A stretch of DNA of 64,000 bases, taken from the NCBI GenBank assembly GCA_034926415.1, contig JAYFRC010000034.1, forward strand, positions 4,232 through 68,231, in the 5' to 3' direction. The position numbers and the translations under genes are program-made. This document shows positions 26,104-34,451 of this stretch, piece after piece. This DNA is from Oscillospiraceae bacterium. GTDB taxonomy: Bacteria > Bacillota > Clostridia > Oscillospirales > Oscillospiraceae. Below the pieces are notes generated by a model, which had not been told where the DNA came from, did not search any database, and worked only from the letters and a program-made list of their open reading frames with translations. The stretch's first letter is position 1; each line of letters begins with the position of its first letter.

Positions 26104-27759
26104 TCAGAATCTAACCGTGACGCTCGTGCCCTTTCCAGGCGCGCTTTCAAGCGTCACTTCAGCGCCGTGAAGCTCCGCGCCGTGCTTGACTATCGAAAGC
26201 CCCAGCCCTGTTCCGCCTATCGCCTTTGAATGGCTCTTATCCACGCGGTAGAACCTCTCAAACACGCGCTCCTGGGCTTCCTTCGGGATTCCTATTCCGG
26301 TGTCGCTCACGCGGAGCACCGTATGTCCTCCCGACGTGTCGACGCTCACGTTGACCTTTCCGCCGTCCACGTTATACTTGACGGCGTTGTCGCAGAGGTT
26401 GAACACCATTTCCTCAAGCACCGGTCGCACCCCGTACACACATCCCCCGCTGCCGCCGACGGTCATAGCGATGCCGCGCGCACCGGCCGCGTGGGAAAGG
26501 CTCTCGCATGAGGCCCTGGCCGCGGCGAGCATATCGACGTCGCTCTTCTCCATGCCCGCATCGCCGTCGTCGAGCCGGCTCAGGCGTATTATATCTTCGA
26601 CAAGAGCTATGAGGCGCTGCGCCTCGTCGTATATATTTCCGGAAAAGTGCGCCACGTCACCTGGCTTTACCATGCCGTCCTTCATTATTTCGGCTATTCC
26701 GGAGATGGCTGTCAGCGGAGTCTTGAGCTCGTGCGACACGTTGGCCGCAAACTCGCGGCGGAGCTGCTCGCGCTGCTCCTTTTCGGTGACGTCCATCAGC
26801 ACGATTATAGCGCCCTTGACGACGTTTTCGCTCATGGCCGGAGCGGCAAAAACCTGGCAGAATCTGCCGTTGCTCTTCATCATGCGCTGCGTACTCTTTC
26901 CCTTCAGCGCATCCTCGACCGCAGTGCGGAACGCCTCGCTGCGGTTGAGCGTCAGCGCCTCGCTTCCGTCGGCTCTTGAGCCGCGCGGGGCGCCGAGAAG
27001 ACGCAGGGCGCTTTTATTATGGGAAAGCACCGTCTCGTTTTTATCGACGACGATGAAGCCCTCCTCCATGTTATCCGTTATCGTCTCGAACTCCTCTCTC
27101 TGACGGCGGAGCTGAGACATCTGTTCCTCTATCTTTCTGTTCTGGGCTACTATGCGCTCAAGAAACGGCGTCAGCTCATCGTAGGCCTCGGCATTTTCAG
27201 GATGGTCGAGGTCGAGCTCGCCGAGCGGCTTGACAATGCGCTTCGACGCGCCGTAGGCCATAAACAGAGACAGCGTCAGCGCTATAAGCGTCACTCCGGC
27301 CAGCGGCGGGAGCATGCCCACCAGAAGCGCCAGCACCGACGCCCGCGTGTCCGACACGCGGAGCACCGTTCCGTCGCTCAGGCGCATGGCGTAGTTTATC
27401 GTGCGCTCGGAGAGCGTGCTTGAGTATCTTACGCTCGTTCCAGTATCGTTCGTCAGCGCCTGCTTTATCTCAGGGCGGCTGGCGTGATTTTCAAGCGTCG
27501 AGGCGTCCACCCTGCTGTCGTAAAGCACGGTGCCGTCCGCGGCTACCCAGGTTATGCGGCTTGTTCCGGCGTTGAGGCCGTCGAGATAAGTCTGTCCATC
27601 CATCTCGACGCCGCGGGCTACGTAAGCCGCCTGGTCCGCGAGCTGGTTCTCGTTTTGAGTCTCAAAGTGTTGATACAGTACTCCGACGAAAAATATGAAG
27701 CACAGGACTATCGCCGTCATCGCGACGGCCGCCGAAGCCCGGAATATCCTTCCCGTCAT
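26104..27759 (-). CDS. phoR: Phosphate-regulon sensor histidine kinase (PhoR-like)
   Basis: TM-sensor-TM architecture, PAS-like region, H-box SHELKTPLTAI, N/G boxes. ATGA overlap with the regulator gene at MTGRIF. Confidence 0.85.
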   Translation of the reverse strand: MTGRIFRASAAVAMTAIVLCFIFFVGVLYQHFETQNENQLADQAAYVARGVEMDGQTYLDGLNAGTSRITWVAADGTVLYDSRVDASTLENHASRPEIKQALTNDTGTSVRYSSTLSERTINYAMRLSDGTVLRVSDTRASVLALLVGMLPPLAGVTLIALTLSLFMAYGASKRIVKPLGELDLDHPENAEAYDELTPFLERIVAQNRKIEEQMSQLRRQREEFETITDNMEEGFIVVDKNETVLSHNKSALRLLGAPRGSRADGSEALTLNRSEAFRTAVEDALKGKSTQRMMKSNGRFCQVFAAPAMSENVVKGAIIVLMDVTEKEQREQLRREFAANVSHELKTPLTAISGIAEIMKDGMVKPGDVAHFSGNIYDEAQRLIALVEDIIRLSRLDDGDAGMEKSDVDMLAAARASCESLSHAAGARGIAMTVGGSGGCVYGVRPVLEEMVFNLCDNAVKYNVDGGKVNVSVDTSGGHTVLRVSDTGIGIPKEAQERVFERFYRVDKSHSKAIGGTGLGLSIVKHGAELHGAEVTLESAPGKGTSVTVRF

Positions 27760-28427
27760 GGCGCGTCCTCCCTCATCCTGTATCCTACGCCGCGGACAGT
27801 CTCGATATAATCGCCGCATTCACCGAGCTTTTGCCGCAGAGTCCTGACATGCACGTCGACCGTGCGGCTCTCGCCGTCAAAGGAATAACCCCAGACGCCG
27901 CTTAGCAGCTGGTCGCGGGTAAACACGCCTCCGCGGTTTTCAAGCAGGAATTTGAGAAGTTCGTATTCCTTCAGCGTCAGCGCAACTATCTTTCCGTCCG
28001 CTTCCACGCGGTGGCGCGGGGGATAAATCGTCAGCTTTCCGAAAGTGAGCGTGTCCTCCCCGCTCTCCGTGCGGCGGAGAAGCGCGCGTATGCGCGACAT
28101 CAGCTCCATCATGCTGAACGGCTTTGTCACATAATCGTCGGCTCCGCAGTCAAGACCCGTTACCTTGTCGAATTCCGTGTCCTTTGCGGTAAGCAATATG
28201 ACGGGGAGAAAACCCGTTTCGGGCGAAGCGCGAAGGCGTTTGAGCACGCTTATCCCGTCCTCTCCGGGAAGCATCAAATCCAGTACGAGCAGGTCGGGCG
28301 CGCCGGCTTTCATGCGTATCCAGAATTCCGCGGGGGTTTCAAAGCCCTCGGCATCCATGCACGCCGAGGTAAGCGCGTAAACTACGAACTCCCTTATATT
28401 GGCGTCGTCTTCAAGAACGTAAATCAT
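27756..28427 (-). CDS. phoP: OmpR/PhoB-family response regulator
   Basis: REC domain (DLLVLDLMLPG) plus winged-helix domain (TVDVHVRTLRQKL..VRGVGYR). Lies in the pst-phoU operon. Confidence 0.9.
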   Translation of the reverse strand: MIYVLEDDANIREFVVYALTSACMDAEGFETPAEFWIRMKAGAPDLLVLDLMLPGEDGISVLKRLRASPETGFLPVILLTAKDTEFDKVTGLDCGADDYVTKPFSMMELMSRIRALLRRTESGEDTLTFGKLTIYPPRHRVEADGKIVALTLKEYELLKFLLENRGGVFTRDQLLSGVWGYSFDGESRTVDVHVRTLRQKLGECGDYIETVRGVGYRMREDAP

Positions 28428-28446
28428 ATCGCGCCTCCTTTCCCTT

Positions 28447-29112
28447 TCAGATGTCTATCTCTCCGTGGCGGTGCTTTGCGTTTGTTCCAGTTATCGAGTA
28501 CTCCACCCACTCCGCGATATTGACGGCGTGGTCGCCGATGCGCTCGAGATACTTCGCTATCATCAGCATATCAAGAAATTCCTCGCCGTCGCCGGGGTTC
28601 TCGGCTATCAGAGCGATAAGCGCCGTCTTCACCTCGTCGAAAAGAGCGTCGACGCCGTCGTCCTCGGCCATGACCTCGCGGGCGAGAGCCAAGTCCTTTT
28701 TGACGAACGAATCCACGCTGTCCGCTACCATGCGGCACGCGGCCTCGGCCATGGCACGTATCGGGACTCTGTCCCGCACGACTCCGGCGCCGACTATCTT
28801 CGCTATGTCGGCTATATCCGCCGCCTGGTCGCCGATGCGCTCCATGTCGGAAATCATCTTCAGCGCCGACGAAACCGTGCGCAGATCCCGAGCGACCGGC
28901 TGTTGGCGAAGCAGCAGCTTCATGCACAGGTCGCTTATATCCGTTTCCTTCTGGTCTATCTCCCGCTCCGCCGCGTAAGCTTTTTCGCAGAGCTCCTGAT
29001 TGTTTTCGCTCAGCGCCTTTGCGGCCGAGGCTATCGCTTCCTCGCACATCGCGCCCATCGTGATGAGCTCGTTGTTGAGCCTTACAAGCTGTTCTTCAAA
29101 TTTAGTCCTCAT
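28447..29112 (-). CDS. phoU: Phosphate signalling modulator PhoU
   Basis: Two PhoU repeats (ERIGDQAADIA / ERIGDHAVNIA). ATG at 29112 preferred over the TTG at 29124. Confidence 0.9.
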   Translation of the reverse strand: MRTKFEEQLVRLNNELITMGAMCEEAIASAAKALSENNQELCEKAYAAEREIDQKETDISDLCMKLLLRQQPVARDLRTVSSALKMISDMERIGDQAADIADIAKIVGAGVVRDRVPIRAMAEAACRMVADSVDSFVKKDLALAREVMAEDDGVDALFDEVKTALIALIAENPGDGEEFLDMLMIAKYLERIGDHAVNIAEWVEYSITGTNAKHRHGEIDI

Positions 29113-29116
29113 GGCG

Positions 29117-29866
29117 TCATCCAAACCTTCCTGTTATATAGTCTTCAGTCCGTTTGTCCCTCGGCGTTGAGAACAGGTCCACCGTCTTCCCGAATTCGAC
29201 CATTTCGCCAAGCAGGAAAAATGCCGTCTTATCCGAAATGCGCGCAGCCTGCTGCATGTTGTGGGTGACCATAACAATAGTGTAATCTTTTTTAAGTTCC
29301 GTGACAAGGTCTTCTATCTTCGCCGTAGATATCGGGTCGAGCGCCGACGTGGATTCGTCCATAAGCAGGACCTCCGGGCCAACTGCCAGCGCGCGCGCTA
29401 TGCAAAGCCTCTGCTGCTGTCCGCCGGACAGTCCGAGCGCGTTTTTTTTGAGTCTGTCCTTTACCTCGTCCCATATGGCCGCCGCGCGGAGCGATTTTTC
29501 CACCGTCTCATCCAATTTTACGCGCGAGCGCACGCCGTGCGTGCGCGGGCCGTAGGCGATGTTGTCGTATATGCTCATGGGGAACGGATTGGCCTTTTGA
29601 AATACCATGCCGACGCGGCGGCGGAGGACGTTGACGTCCATATTGCCGTATATGTCCTCGCCGTCGAGACGCACGCCGCCTTCGATGCGGCAGCCCTCCA
29701 CGATGTCGTTCATGCGGTCAAGCGTTTTGAGCAGCGTGCTCTTGCCGCAGCCGGAAGGGCCTATGAATGCGGTTATTTCGTTTACCGGTATCGAAAGGTC
29801 TACGTCCTTGAGCGCGTGGAAGTCCGTGTACCACAGATTTAGTTTTTCTATCTCAAATTTATTCAT
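29117..29866 (-). CDS. pstB: Phosphate ABC transporter ATP-binding protein
   Basis: [23 protein letters not shown], and the typical PstB N-terminus. Confidence 0.95.
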   Translation of the reverse strand: MNKFEIEKLNLWYTDFHALKDVDLSIPVNEITAFIGPSGCGKSTLLKTLDRMNDIVEGCRIEGGVRLDGEDIYGNMDVNVLRRRVGMVFQKANPFPMSIYDNIAYGPRTHGVRSRVKLDETVEKSLRAAAIWDEVKDRLKKNALGLSGGQQQRLCIARALAVGPEVLLMDESTSALDPISTAKIEDLVTELKKDYTIVMVTHNMQQAARISDKTAFFLLGEMVEFGKTVDLFSTPRDKRTEDYITGRFG

Positions 29867-29881
29867 ATTATCTCGTCCTTC

Positions 29882-30721
29882 TTACCGCGACGCGACGCGT
29901 TTTGCGACCTGCGCGGAAGCCGCATTTATTAACACCACCAAAATCAGCAGTACGACGCCCGTGGCATAGGCCGCCTCCATGTGCAGTCCCTCGTTCCACA
30001 GCGCATACATATGCACCGCGAGCGTGCGGCCGGAGGATGTGAGTCCCGCGACGCCCGTTACCGTACCGGAGGTGAATATGAGCGCGGCGGTCTCGCCGAC
30101 TATTCTGCCTATGGCCAGTATCACGCCAGCCGCTATGCCCGGCATCGCCGAGGGCACGACTATTTTGAATACCGTGCGGAGTCTTCCCGCGCCGAGGCCG
30201 AAGCTTCCCTCGCGGAACATATCCGGCACCGCGAGCAGAGCTTCCTCCGTCGTGCGCAGGATGGTCGGAAGAACCATTATCGTAAGCGTCAGCGTTCCGG
30301 AAAGCAGCGAGTAGCCGAAGCCAAGCGTTATATTGAAAACAAGATAGCCGAACAGTCCGTAGACTATCGACGGTATGCCCGCAAGCGTCTCGGTCGTAAG
30401 GCGTACGAGCTTTACGAGCCTGCTGCCGCGCTTTGCGTATTCGGCAAGGTAGATGGCCGAAAAAACGCCCAGCGGCACCGACAGCGCGAGAGCTATGAGC
30501 GTGACCGTCACCGTGTTTATTATCGCGGGAAGCATCGAGCAGTTATCCGACGTGTACTTCAGCGCAAACAGCGACGGTGTAAGGTTCGGCACGCCCTTTA
30601 TGAGTATATATATAACGAGCGAAGCGAGAACAAACACCGTGACCGCGGCCGACGCAAATACCACGATGCGTATTACAAGCGAACCAAGGTGCGCTTTTGT
30701 TTTTGTTTTTGTCCTGCTCAT
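29882..30721 (-). CDS. pstA: Phosphate ABC transporter permease PstA
   Basis: Six-TM permease with an EAA-like loop. Overlaps the pstC stop. Confidence 0.9.
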   Translation of the reverse strand: MSRTKTKTKAHLGSLVIRIVVFASAAVTVFVLASLVIYILIKGVPNLTPSLFALKYTSDNCSMLPAIINTVTVTLIALALSVPLGVFSAIYLAEYAKRGSRLVKLVRLTTETLAGIPSIVYGLFGYLVFNITLGFGYSLLSGTLTLTIMVLPTILRTTEEALLAVPDMFREGSFGLGAGRLRTVFKIVVPSAMPGIAAGVILAIGRIVGETAALIFTSGTVTGVAGLTSSGRTLAVHMYALWNEGLHMEAAYATGVVLLILVVLINAASAQVAKRVASR

Positions 30722-31572
30722 TTGCTCTCCCCCTTCCTCTTAATGCATGAAAATGAAAGGTTTATAAGCATTATGAACACAAACAGCACAACGCCGGTGG
30801 CAAACAGCGCCTCGCGGTGAAGGTCGGTCGCGTAGCCCATCTCAATGACAATATTAGCCGTCATCGTGCGGACTCCCGAAAGTATTCCCGCCGGCATCGC
30901 GGTCTGGTTTCCGGCGACCATGATTATGGCCATCGTCTCGCCTATCGCGCGGCCCATGCCGAGCACGACGCCTGCCAGCACTCCCGACTTGGCGGCCGGA
31001 AGCACGGAGAAGAAAACGCTTCTCTCTTTCGTCGCGCCGAGAGCCAGCGAGCCCTCGAAATATGCCTCCGGTACGGCGCGAAGCGACGATTCGGCCACGC
31101 CGATTATAGTGGGAAGTATCATTATGCCAAGCAGTATCGACGCGGTCAATATGCTCTTTCCGCTGCCTCCGAACAGTGTCTGCATAAGCGGAACTATGGC
31201 CATCAGTCCGAAAAATCCATAGACTATCGACGGTATGCCTGCCAGGAGATCAACCGCGGGCTTCGCAATCTTATATATTCCCTTCGGGCAAAAGCGAGCC
31301 ATGAACACGGCCGTAAGTATCCCAAGCGGAACTCCGAACACCATGGCTCCGGCCGTGACGTATATGCTTCCGACTATCATCGGGAATATGCCGTAGAGGT
31401 CGCTGTTCGGCTTCCAGACCGTGCCGAAAAGGAATTTGAGTGGACCTATCTCCACTATCGCCGGTATGCCGCTTTTGAAAAGGAAGATGCAGATAACGGC
31501 CACCGCGAATATCGATACGCACGCCGCCACCATAAATATGGCGTGCATGGCGTTTTCCTTGAATGCGTTCAT
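30718..31572 (-). CDS. pstC: Phosphate ABC transporter permease PstC
   Basis: Six-TM permease; assigned by position and sequence. Confidence 0.9.
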   Translation of the reverse strand: MNAFKENAMHAIFMVAACVSIFAVAVICIFLFKSGIPAIVEIGPLKFLFGTVWKPNSDLYGIFPMIVGSIYVTAGAMVFGVPLGILTAVFMARFCPKGIYKIAKPAVDLLAGIPSIVYGFFGLMAIVPLMQTLFGGSGKSILTASILLGIMILPTIIGVAESSLRAVPEAYFEGSLALGATKERSVFFSVLPAAKSGVLAGVVLGMGRAIGETMAIIMVAGNQTAMPAGILSGVRTMTANIVIEMGYATDLHREALFATGVVLFVFIMLINLSFSCIKRKGESK

Positions 31573-31716
31573 AGCTGTTGCCCATTCCTTTCATTTTGTT
31601 CAAGTCACAAAACGACCTCAAAAAAGGATGGTCATAGTGTGAACGTTTTGCTGCCGGCGCGAAAACAGCGTGCAAAACCACCTTGAATCAAATGAGGTTT
31701 GAACTTCTTTCAAACC
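31573..31716 (-). repeat. Copy A of a 3-copy ~140-nt three-hairpin intra-operon element (pstS|pstC spacer)
   Basis: Aligns block by block with 48048-48190 and 55477-55617 (see findings). Confidence 0.8.
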
Positions 31717-31793
31717 TTTTGCCTTGCTCGCGGAACGAGCCCGGGACTCCTGCCCCGGGCGCTCTCCGCTTATATTTACTCTGATGTTTCGCT

Positions 31794-32705
31794 TTACTGT
31801 ATCTCGCTCCAATCGGTCGTCTTGCCGGTGTAGATGTCGCAGACCTGCTCGTTCGTCAGTCCGTCTATCGTGTTGTTCTTGTTCACGATGACCGCGATGC
31901 CGTCCATGGCGATGACCGTGGCGCTGACTCCCGCGGCAGTCTCGCTGTCCTTAAGGGCGCGCGAAGCCATTCCGATGTCGCACAGGCCCTCTGACGTCGA
32001 GGTAACGCCTGTCGTCGAGTCGCTCGTCTGTATCTCGACCTGCGCGTTCTTATTGGCGGCTTCGTATGCCTCGCCAAGCTTCTCCATCACGGGAGAGACG
32101 GAAGAGGAACCCGCGACCGTTATCTTGCCGGACGCGCCGTTTGCGCTGTAAGCGCCAGTGCTGCTCTGGCTGATATAGCCGTTGTCCTCGATGACCTTCT
32201 GTCCATCGTCGCTGAGAATAAAGTTGATAAAGTCCTGCGCGACATCGCTGACGTCGCCCTTGGTCACAATATTGAAGGGGCGCGCAATTTTGTATTCGCC
32301 GCTCTTGATGTTGTCGACCGTGGCCTCGGCGCCGTCTATCTTCAGCGCCTTGACGCTGTCGTCAAGCGATCCGAGGGAGATGTATCCGATGGCCGCGTCG
32401 TTGCCGGCGACGGTTGTGAGCATGACGGCGGTGGAGTTTGTGATTTCGGCGGTATCAATGGTGTTGTCCACCTTGTTGCCGCTCGAGTCCTTCTGCTCGA
32501 CACCGAACAGTTCGATGAACGCACCGCGCGTGCCGGAGCCGTCCTCGCGGGATACTACGCTTATAGCGCCGGTCGTGCCCGAAGCAGTTCCTGAAGTCGT
32601 TCCTGAAGTGCTGCCGCTGCTGCCGCTGCTGCCGCAGCCGGCCAGAAGCCCGATGAGCATCGCGCCGGACATTGCGGCGCAGAGAATTTTTTTAGTATTT
32701 TTCAT
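31794..32705 (-). CDS. pstS: Phosphate-binding lipoprotein PstS
   Basis: Lipobox LLAGCGS, S/G/T linker, PBP-2 phosphate-binding sequence. Confidence 0.9.
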   Translation of the reverse strand: MKNTKKILCAAMSGAMLIGLLAGCGSSGSSGSTSGTTSGTASGTTGAISVVSREDGSGTRGAFIELFGVEQKDSSGNKVDNTIDTAEITNSTAVMLTTVAGNDAAIGYISLGSLDDSVKALKIDGAEATVDNIKSGEYKIARPFNIVTKGDVSDVAQDFINFILSDDGQKVIEDNGYISQSSTGAYSANGASGKITVAGSSSVSPVMEKLGEAYEAANKNAQVEIQTSDSTTGVTSTSEGLCDIGMASRALKDSETAAGVSATVIAMDGIAVIVNKNNTIDGLTNEQVCDIYTGKTTDWSEIQ

Positions 32706-32746
32706 TTTTCAAATTAACTCCTTTCACCTCTCGGTTACAGTTACAT

Positions 32747-32806
32747 TGTAAAATCCGTCTGTAAAATCCGTAACCGCGGTATTGTTAAATCTGTGTAAAA
32801 TTGTTC
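32747..32806 (-). promoter_or_regulatory. Candidate Pho boxes upstream of pstS
   Basis: On the minus strand there are four TT(T/A)ACA hexamers (plus-strand TGTAAA at 32747, 32760 and 32794; TGTTAA at 32783). The first two lie in a tandem 13-bp repeat TGTAAAATCCGTM. This matches the B. subtilis PhoP box core TT(A/T/C)ACA as I recall it. Confidence 0.45.
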
Positions 32807-32849
32807 TGCATTATACGCGCATCGGATTTTGCCAAAATATTATCTTTTC

Positions 32850-32905
32850 TTGCAAAAGAACGGCTTTTCGTCTATACTGTATCCTATTAAATATATACTG
32901 TATCC
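32850..32905 (+). promoter_or_regulatory. metF promoter with a 12-bp direct repeat
   Basis: TTGCAA (32850-55), 17-nt spacer, TATACT (32873-78). TATACTGTATCC is repeated exactly at 32873-32884 and 32894-32905 (21-bp period). Confidence 0.5.
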
Positions 32906-32937
32906 CGCTAATCTGCGAAAGTACGGAGGCGTGAGCC

Positions 32938-33807
32938 ATGAAGCTATCAGAAATACTTAACACTGACCGCATGACGATATCCTGCGAGCTGTTTCCGCCA
33001 AAGGAAGGCTCCGGCCTCGTCGGCGCGCACGACGTCGTGCGCCGTATGGCGGAGCTGCGCCCTGCATATATGAGCATAACCTACGGCGCGGGCGGCGGCA
33101 CAAGCCCGATGACCGTCGATATGGCAAATGAGATACAAAACGTCAACGGCGTTCCGGTGCTGGCGCATCTGACCTGCGCCTCCTCAACGCGCGAGCAGGT
33201 GGAAAGCGTGCTCGACCAGCTCCGCGAAAGAAAGATAGAAAATATCCTCGCCCTGCGCGGAGACATTCCGCAGGACGCGCCCTTCCCGCTGCCGAATCAG
33301 TACCGCCACGCCAGCGAGCTCATGCGCGAGATATCGGCCTCCGGAGATTTCTGCATCGGCGGAGCATGCTATCCCGAGGGGCATCCCGAGTCCGCGGCCG
33401 TGGCCGACGACATAGAAAACCTTAAATACAAGGTGGATGCCGGATGCAGCTTTCTTACAACACAGATGTTTTTTGACAACAACGTCATGTACAACTATTT
33501 GTACAAGCTGCTCAAAGCGGGAATACGCGTCCCGGTCGTCGCCGGAATCATGCCCGTGACGAACGGAGCGCAGATAAAACGAATCTGTGCGCTCTCCGCC
33601 ACAAAGCTTCCCGCGCGCTTCATCGCCATTGTCGACCGCTTCGGCGGAAACCCCGACGCAATGCGGCAGGCCGGAATCGCCTACGCGACCGAGCAGATAA
33701 TAGATCTCGTCGCGAACGGTGTGAACCACATACACATCTATTCAATGAACCGCCCGGAGATAGCCGGGGGTATAATGGATAACCTCTCGGAGATAATCGA
33801 AAGATGA
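32938..33807 (+). CDS. metF: 5,10-methylenetetrahydrofolate reductase
   Basis: ISCELFPPK..ITYGAGG..LRGD motifs. 289 aa. Confidence 0.9.
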   Translation: MKLSEILNTDRMTISCELFPPKEGSGLVGAHDVVRRMAELRPAYMSITYGAGGGTSPMTVDMANEIQNVNGVPVLAHLTCASSTREQVESVLDQLRERKIENILALRGDIPQDAPFPLPNQYRHASELMREISASGDFCIGGACYPEGHPESAAVADDIENLKYKVDAGCSFLTTQMFFDNNVMYNYLYKLLKAGIRVPVVAGIMPVTNGAQIKRICALSATKLPARFIAIVDRFGGNPDAMRQAGIAYATEQIIDLVANGVNHIHIYSMNRPEIAGGIMDNLSEIIER

Positions 33808-34451
33808 TGAAAATTCCAGAAAAGGAAGCGCTCCGCTATTTCGGTCTTTGTGGAGGCGAGGGCGGCGAAGAGGCGCTTTCACTGCTGCGCTCCGTTATCG
33901 CCGAGTACGAAAAAGGCATAGAGCCGCGCTTCGTTATGCGCGAATTCCCGTGCGATGTTTCGGACGGGCGCGTAAGCGTCGGCGGCATGAGCTTTGAAAG
34001 CCGCAGCCTTGCGAAACATTTGGCGGGCTGCGCCCGCGTCGTGCTTTTCGCGGCGACGCTCGGCGCGAAGGCCGACGTCATGGCGCGCGCGTTTTCCGTG
34101 CGCTCGGCCGCAATGGGCGCGGCGGCGCAGGCTGCCGGAGCCGCTATGGTGGAGCGTTTCTGCGACGACGAGTGCAAGGCGCTCGAGAGGAAGTATTCTG
34201 AAGAGGGGCTTCACATTACTCCGCGCTTTTCGCCGGGATACGGCGACCTCGATATAAAATATCAGAGCAATTTCTTCGCCCTGCTCGACGTGACGCGGCG
34301 CATCGGCGTGACGCTAACCGAAACGCTGATGATGGCGCCGTCGAAATCCGTGACCGCCTTTATCGGGATAACCGATTCTCCCGCGCACAGCTTTTCAAAA
34401 TGCCTCGACTGCAAAAATACCGACTGCCCATTCCGGAGGGAATCGCAATGA
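33804..34451 (+). CDS. Stand-alone methionine-synthase reactivation (AdoMet-binding activation) domain protein
   Basis: RFSPGYGDLDI..LTETLMMAPSKSVTAFIGI resembles the MetH C-terminal activation domain. ATGA overlaps with both neighbours. Confidence 0.65.
   Translation: MMKIPEKEALRYFGLCGGEGGEEALSLLRSVIAEYEKGIEPRFVMREFPCDVSDGRVSVGGMSFESRSLAKHLAGCARVVLFAATLGAKADVMARAFSVRSAAMGAAAQAAGAAMVERFCDDECKALERKYSEEGLHITPRFSPGYGDLDIKYQSNFFALLDVTRRIGVTLTETLMMAPSKSVTAFIGITDSPAHSFSKCLDCKNTDCPFRRESQ

Noticed and set aside
32706-32937. Expected SAM (S-box) riboswitch or T-box upstream of metF
   Set aside because: I could not find the conserved S-box or T-box sequence blocks, and the leader is too short. This needs cmsearch to be certain.
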